From the human T2T-CHM13v2.0 reference genome, Homo sapiens: a stretch of 64,000 bases of DNA. Location of the stretch: the NCBI RefSeq assembly GCF_009914755.1, contig NC_060936.1. One strand, written 5' to 3'. Positions 54,535 through 64,000 of the stretch are shown here, piece after piece (positions within the stretch are counted from its first letter, which is position 1; each line of letters begins with the position of its first letter). The notes beneath the pieces are model-generated. The model had not been told where the DNA came from. It made no database searches and worked only from the letters and a program-made list of their open reading frames with translations. A program made the position numbers and the translations under genes.

Positions 54535-56811
54535 CCTGTGAGCAGAACCTTCTGGCCTCGTTCCTTGGGGAGGAGCATCGTGAGCCTGTCAATATGGGAT
54601 GTCAGGCCCTGTCGGCCTGGAGCTGGGCTGCACGGTGACCTCTGTCTGGGTCATCTCCCCTCTAAGCAGCCTGCGAGGTGTGCAGGGCACATGTCTGCCT
54701 GCCCCATGACACATGGTCCCCACAGCCAGCCAGGCCACGGTCAGGTCTGCCCAGGCTGGGAGTGCACTGGGACCCAGGCCACCTCCTCAGTGCACTTGCT
54801 TCTGACAGGGCCACCCCAGACTCCAAACCAAAGCTGGCTCATCTCAAAATGTGGGAGGACAGCATGACTCAGGAAGAGAGAAATAGGAGGGAGGCCGGGA
54901 CAGCTGCACACAAGGAAAACGAAAGCTCAGACTACAGCAGTGCTCAGACCAGTGTTCATTCCTACTCCATGGGAGGGGGCAGGAATGCCGAGATGGGAAG
55001 TCAGGCCAGGCGGGGGTGGAAGGACACCAGCCCGGGAGCCAGCACTAACTGCATCAGGGCCTGGGGGTAATCTGGTTACTGCATCCTCAGATGCTGCAGT
55101 GGTTAGACTGGTGCCCACTGGGTGGGGGGAGGAGCCCAGAACAGCGTCATGATGTCACCTGTGCCAGTGACAGATGACATCCTGCCTCTGAAGGGAAACC
55201 CAGTCTCAGGAGAGCAACACCACGCCCAAAGGTCAAAGAGCGGAGAAGGGCGGGTAAGACGACCCTGGTCTGACCCTAAAGCCTGAGTTTGGAGGTCTCA
55301 GCACAACTCCAGAGTCCTCATCCCAGCGCTGTGTTCAGGTGGCGAGAACATGTCTTCCGTGGGCCCCATTTCCCTTGACTGTGGCCTCCCAGCCTCGGGC
55401 ATCGGCCTCAGGTCACCCCACGGCCTGCACATGCTGTGTGGCTCACAAATATCCAGCTCATTTTTGGAGAAACTGGCTCTTCTGGTTGAGCCGCTGCTTG
55501 GGAACCAGGGCCAGAGCTTCCCGTTTCTGACCCCTCCACCACTACTCAAATGCCCGCAGCTAGCCTCACAGTGAACCCAGGCTGACTGGCGCCCACGGCT
55601 GCACCGGGCGACCCCTGGTCCTGCTAGGTGGCCTTCCTGGGGGACGAGCGGCTGTCCCCTGGCCCCATCACTCCTCATTCCTGAGGGTTCTCCAGATTCG
55701 CTTCCAGGAATGAAGCCTAGTCAGCCAGCCTCCCTCCTCCCCTGCTTGCCCTAATTTGATTTGATCTCCACTCTGGAGGCCTCAGCACTCCTCCATCTGA
55801 GCAGGCATCAGGTTTCTCCAGGCAGGCGGCCCCAGCAGCATCCAGGGGCCAAACACGTGCCCAGTGGTACCCAGTCCCCGATCTGAGGCGCTCTGCACAA
55901 ATACACAGTGACAACCTAGAGAAACTTCAGTATGAAATACAAATAAAAACAAAGTGTAGCAGCGATGGCCTCAGACAGTAGATGGCAGGGACAAACTAAG
56001 GCTGGCTCTGGGCCAAAGACACGAGCCTCCTGGGGAGCCTGTGGGGCCCCCTCCCTCCTGTGAGGCTCTCGTCTGGGGTGTCTGCATTTCTGATTTACAT
56101 TTCATACTTGTTTGGTGCCCTGTGAAATTGGCCTTTCTTCTTTCTGCTTCCAGCTGGTCCTGTGTGGAGGTGAAGGACAAGGGCTGCAGTGAGCCAAAAG
56201 TGAGGTGCACAGAGGTCTTGTTTTCCTGAGGCTGATAGAGGGTTCCCTCTAGACCCGGCTCCAAATAAGCAGGGCTCACAAGCCAAAATCCAGATTCTCA
56301 CGGGTTAGGGTCTGGATTCCTGGGGAAACCAGCCCACAAACTGCTCCTGTGAGGCTGTGGGGCCAGCCCATTTCTCCATGCAAACAGGTGAGACTCCAGC
56401 CCCACCAGGGCCTTGGGAACCCGTCTCGTCTCAGAGCCCAATCTCAGGGAGCCAGAAGCCCCCAGGGGCTTTTCCTCCCTCTGGGAGGCAGGACAAAGAA
56501 CTAGGGGCACCTAGAGGACGCTCCCACCCCACCAGGTGTGGTGCAGGAAGCAACAGAGGCCTGGAAAAGCATTCACTGCGTGAGAAACGGCGCCCAGGGC
56601 ACTCGCAGCCTCGCTCACGGCCTGCTTCTTCAGGTGCTCTGGCGAGGCCAGGGCCACATCCTGCTCCCGCTCCCTCCTGTGACGTCTGAGCTCCCTGAAA
56701 ATGGTTTTCTTTGGTTTCCTCCCCGTTCCCTGGCCTGGGGTCACAGGTTTGGACAGTCAGGGTGGTCAGTGGTCTGGTCACTGGAAGCACGGGGATGTGG
56801 CCTTGGCATCA

Positions 56812-58593
<1,782 letters not shown>

Positions 58594-58659
58594 TTAGTCC
58601 CTTTAGACGCCTCAGCTGACTTCTCTACATTAGCAGTTTTCCATCGGTGAGGACAGGCT

Positions 58660-58999
58660 TCCCTGGGGAATTTACTAAACATTTAAGGAAGAAATGCTGC
58701 TGATTCTACACAGTATCTTTCAAAACACTGAAGAGAGAGAGCACTCAACCCATTCTATGAGGCCAGCATCCCCTGATACTAGAACCAAAGACCGTACTAA
58801 GAAACTACAGACCAATAACAGCCTGAGCACAGACACAAAAATGCGCAACGAGATATTAGCAAATTGAATGCAAGATCGAAAAAAAGAATACATAATCCAG
58901 AAAGAGACTCACATAGATAAGGTTACTAAGTTATGGAAAAAGGTACAAAGATGATTCGATAGAAAAAGAATAGTCTTTTCAACAAATGGTTCTTGAATA
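58660..58999 (+). mobile_element. L1 ORF2 fragment in a POLE intron
   Basis: cattctatgaggccagcatc..ctgata..agaaccaaag; agtcttttcaacaaatgg. Confidence 0.8.
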
Positions 59000-61900
59000 C
59001 AAGCGTATCTTGGAGATATGGCAAGTTCGGTTTCAAACCACCTCAATGGACTAACATCACAATAAAGCAAATCACACAAATTATTTGGTTTCTCAGTGCA
59101 TATAAAAGTTACATGATTTTTGGCTCACGCTTGTTTTCTCAGTACATATAAAAGTTACGTGATTTGTGGTGGCTCACGCCTGTAATCCCAGCACTTTGGT
59201 AGGCCAAGGCAGGTGGATGGCCTGAGGTCAGGAGTTCAAGACCATCCTGGCCAACACAGTGAAACCCCATTTCTATTAAAAATACAAAAATTGGCTGGGC
59301 ATGGTGGCGGGTGCACCTGTGATCCCAGCTACCTGGGAGGCTGAAGCAGGGAATCGCTTGAACCCAGGAGGTGGAGGTTGCAGTTAGCCAAGATTGCACC
59401 ACTGCACTCCAGCCTGAGTGACAGAGTGAGACTCCATCTCAAAAAAAAAAAAAGCTATGTGATTTTTTTTATTTTGGGACAGGATTTCACTCTGTCACCC
59501 AGAATGGACTGCAGTGGCACAATCATGGCTCACTGCAGCATTGACCTCTTGGGGCTCAATTGATCCTTCTACCTCAGCCTTCCCAGTAGCTGGGACGACA
59601 GGCATGCGCCACCATGCCCAGGTAATGTTTGTAATCGTTGTAAAGATGGGTTTTGCCATGTTGCCCAGGCTGGTCTTGAACTGCTGGGCTCAAACAGTCA
59701 ACCCACCCTGACCTCCCAAAGTGCTGGGATTACAGGTGTGAGTCACTCTACCCAGACAAAACTTAGGTTTACCCTATACTGTAGTCTATTAAGTGCATAA
59801 CAGCATTATGTCTAAAAAACAATGTATGTACCTTAATTTTAAAATGTTTTATTGCTCAGAAATATTAACGATCATCTGAGCCTTCAGTGAGTCGCAATCG
59901 TTTTGCTGGTGGAGGGTCTTGCCTCAATGTAAACGGCTGCTGACTGATCAGGGTGGTATTGCTGAGAGTTGGGGTGGCTGTGGCAATTTCTTAAAACAAG
60001 ACAACAATGAAGTTTGCTGCATCAACTGACTCTTCCTTCCATGAAAGACTCTGTAGCATGTGATGCTGTTTGATAACATTTCACCCACAGTAGAACTTCT
60101 TTCAAAATTGGAGTCGGTCCTCTCAAATTCTGCTGCTGCTTTGGCAACTAAGTTTATGGAATATTCTCAATCCTTTGTCATTTCCACAATGTTCACTTTC
60201 ATCTCAAGAAACTACTTTTTGGCCAGGTGCGGTGGCTCACGCCTGTAATCCCAGCACTTTGGGAGGCCGAGGTGGGCAGATCACAAGGTCAGGAGATCGA
60301 GACCATCCTGGCTAACATGGTGAAACCCTGTCTCTACTAAAAATACGAAAATTAGCCAGGTGTGGTGGCGCTTGCCTGTAGTCCCAGCTACTCGGGAGGC
60401 TGAGGCAGGAGAATGGCGTGAACCTGGGAGGGAGCTTGCAGTGAGCCAAGATCGCGCCACTGCACTCCAGCCTGGGCGAGAGTGCGAGACTCCATCTTAA
60501 AAAAAAAACTACTTTTTTGGGCTGGGCGTGGTGGCTTGTGCCTGTAATCCCAGCACTTTGGGAGGCCAAGGCGGGTGGATCACCTGAGGTCAGGAGTTTG
60601 AGACCAGCCTGACCAATATGGTGAAACTCTGTCTCTATTAAAAATACAAAAATTAGCTGAGCATTGTGGCGGGCACCTGTAATCCCAGCTACTTGGGAGG
60701 CTGATGTAGGAAAATCACTTGAACCCAGGAGGCGGAGGTTGCAGCGAGCCAAGACCGCACCACTGTATTCCAGCCTGGGCGACAGAGCAAGGAGGCTCCA
60801 TCTCAAAACAAAACAAAACAAAACAAAACAAAACAAAACAAAACAAAACAAAAAACTACTTTACTGCTCATCCATGAAAAGCCACTCTTTATCTGTTAAA
60901 TTTTGTCCTGAGATTGCAGCAACTTGGTCACATCTTCAGGCTCCACTTCTAATTCTAGTTCCCTTGCTGTTTCCACCACATCTGCAGTCACGCCTCCCAC
61001 AATAGTCTTGAATCCCTCAAAGTCATCCATGAGGGTCAGAATCAACTTCTTCCACACTCCTGTTAATGTTGATATTTTGACCCCTTCTCCCATGAGTCAC
61101 AAATGTTCTTAATGGCATCCAGAATGGTGAATCCTTTCTAGAAGGTTTTCAATTTACTGTGCCCAGTTCCATCAGGGGAATCACTATCTATGGCAGCTAT
61201 AGCCTCATGAAATATATTTTTAAATAATAAACGTTGAAAGTCGAAATTGCTCCTTGATCCATGGGCTGCAGAAGGGATGCTGTGTCCGCAGGCATGAAAG
61301 CAACATTCATCTCCTTGTACGTCTCCATCAGAGCTCTTGGGTGACCAGGTCCACTGTCAATGAGCAGTACTATTTTGGAAGGAATCTTTTTCTGAGCTGC
61401 AGGTAGTGGCCTTAAAAGACTGAATGAGCAGTGGCTTCGACTTAAAGTCACCAGCTGCATCTGCCGCTAACAAGAGTCAGCCTTTCCTCTGAAGCCAGGC
61501 TCTGAGGCCTCCTCTCTAGCTATGAAAGTCCTAGATGGCATCTTCTTCCAAAAGAAGGCTGTTTTGTCTACACGGAAAATATGTTGTCAGTGTAGCCACC
61601 TTCGCCAATGATCCCAGACAGATCTTCTGGAGAACTCGCTGCAGCCTCTCCACCCGCACCTGTTGCCTCATTTGCCCTTTTATGTTACTGGGACGGCTTC
61701 TCTCCCTAAACCCCATGAACCAACCTCCGCCAGCTTCAAGCTTTCCTTCTACAGCCTCCTCAGCTCTCAGCCTTCATGGAACTGAACAGAGTGAGAGCCT
61801 TGCTCTGGATTAGGCTCTGGCTTGAGGGGATGTTATATCTGGTTTGATCTATCCAGACTCAACTTTCTCCATATCAGCAACAGGATGCTTCACTTCTTTA

Positions 61901-62486
61901 TCTTTCATGTGTTCACTGGAGGAGCACTTGTAATTTCCTTCAAGAACCTTTCCTTTGCAGTTGACTTGGCTAACTGGTGTGAGAGGCCTAGCTTTCAGCC
62001 TGTCTCGACTTTCAACATGCCTTCCTAAGTTTAGCCATTTCTAGCTCTTTATGTAAAGTGAGAGACGTGTGACTCTTCCTTTCACTTGAACACGTAGAGG
62101 CCATTGCAGGGCTATTAACTTACCTAATTTCTATAGTGTTGTGTCACCGGGACTGGGGAGGCCCAAGGAGAAAGGGCGAGATGGCAGAATGGCCCGTGAG
62201 TGGAGCAATCAGGACACACACAACACTGATGAAGCTCATTGTCTTCTATGCGCACGGTTCATGGCGCCCCAAAACAATTGCCATAGAAGCATCAAAGGTT
62301 ATCACGGCTGATATAATAATAGTGGAAAAGTCTGAAATATCCTGAGAGTTACCAACATGTGACACAGACACAGTGAGCACATGCTGTTGGAAAGATGAGA
62401 CTTGCTCAAGACAAGATTCCCACAAACCTTCCATTTATAAAAATACAGGTAACCGCTTCGAAGCACAATAAGACAGGATATGCCTG
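59000..62486 (-). mobile_element. Near full-length Tigger1 with a decayed pogo-type transposase, interrupted by four Alus (59166-59453 +, 59462-59756 -, 60221-60508 +, 60519-60855 +)
   Basis: Tigger1-like termini; minus-strand peptides KIVLLIDSGPGHP...LLQPMDQGAISTF and GVWKKLILTLMDDFEGF...ARELELEVEPEDVTKLLQS. Confidence 0.9.
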
Positions 62487-63610
<1,124 letters not shown>

Positions 63611-64000
63611 TATGTAAAAGTCAATAAAGGAATTAAAATGGTGAGCTAAAAACACTTCTTCACCACAACCAGACCTTGAGGCTGTCACCTGATCTCCAGC
63701 GTAACCTTAGCCGTGTGTGAGATGCAGTTTGCTGGGAAGGCTGAGTGAGGAAATGGACAGTGAAGCACTCTGCTCTGTAAGGGCTGACACCCGCGGTCGT
63801 TATCTGGTAATATTATCCCTCCTTGGACTCAGCCTGCCTTTCCCAGAAAGGCCTCAGCATCCGAGCAAGCTCTCATCTCATCAGCTCTGGGTCCTGGTCC
63901 AGCCTACTGGTCTCCGGTGACCCATCCTCCCAGCCGGTGGCACTGGGTGTTCGGCTGTGCCTTCACCAACACACCAAGCTCACCCCCCAGGGCCTTTGCG

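Noticed and set aside
60896-61716. Domesticated TIGD-like transposase gene
   Set aside because: The peptides are short fragments separated by stops, frameshifts and Alu insertions.

Overview
Human (primate) genomic DNA: GC-rich, Alu-dense and minisatellite-rich. Gene content and order match distal chr12q24.33 (assigned from recognised proteins, not a database search). Four genes were reconstructed exon by exon from splice signals and reading-frame continuity. (1) The 3' part of FBRSL1 (+), an AUTS2 family gene: coding exons 1928-15783, 3'UTR to about 17.2 kb. (2) Complete LRCOL1 (-): 159 aa, a signal peptide plus three colipase-like 6-Cys modules. (3) Complete P2RX2 (+): 11 exons, 471 aa. (4) The last four coding exons of POLE (-), carrying the CysA/CysB metal-binding motifs. 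The rest is Alu, L1, Tigger and ERV/MaLR relics plus about 10 VNTRs. Nearly all other ORFs in the track are GC-content or repeat artefacts. I see no convincing wholly new gene system. The best candidates for undescribed function are an EBF-site-bearing VNTR next to a strong CTCF motif upstream of P2RX2, a splice switch around the FBRSL1 HX-repeat exon, a duplicated 'poison' donor in LRCOL1, and a 1.5-kb nearly A-free pyrimidine tract fused to a CpG VNTR. Repeat boundaries and subfamily names are by eye and approximate.
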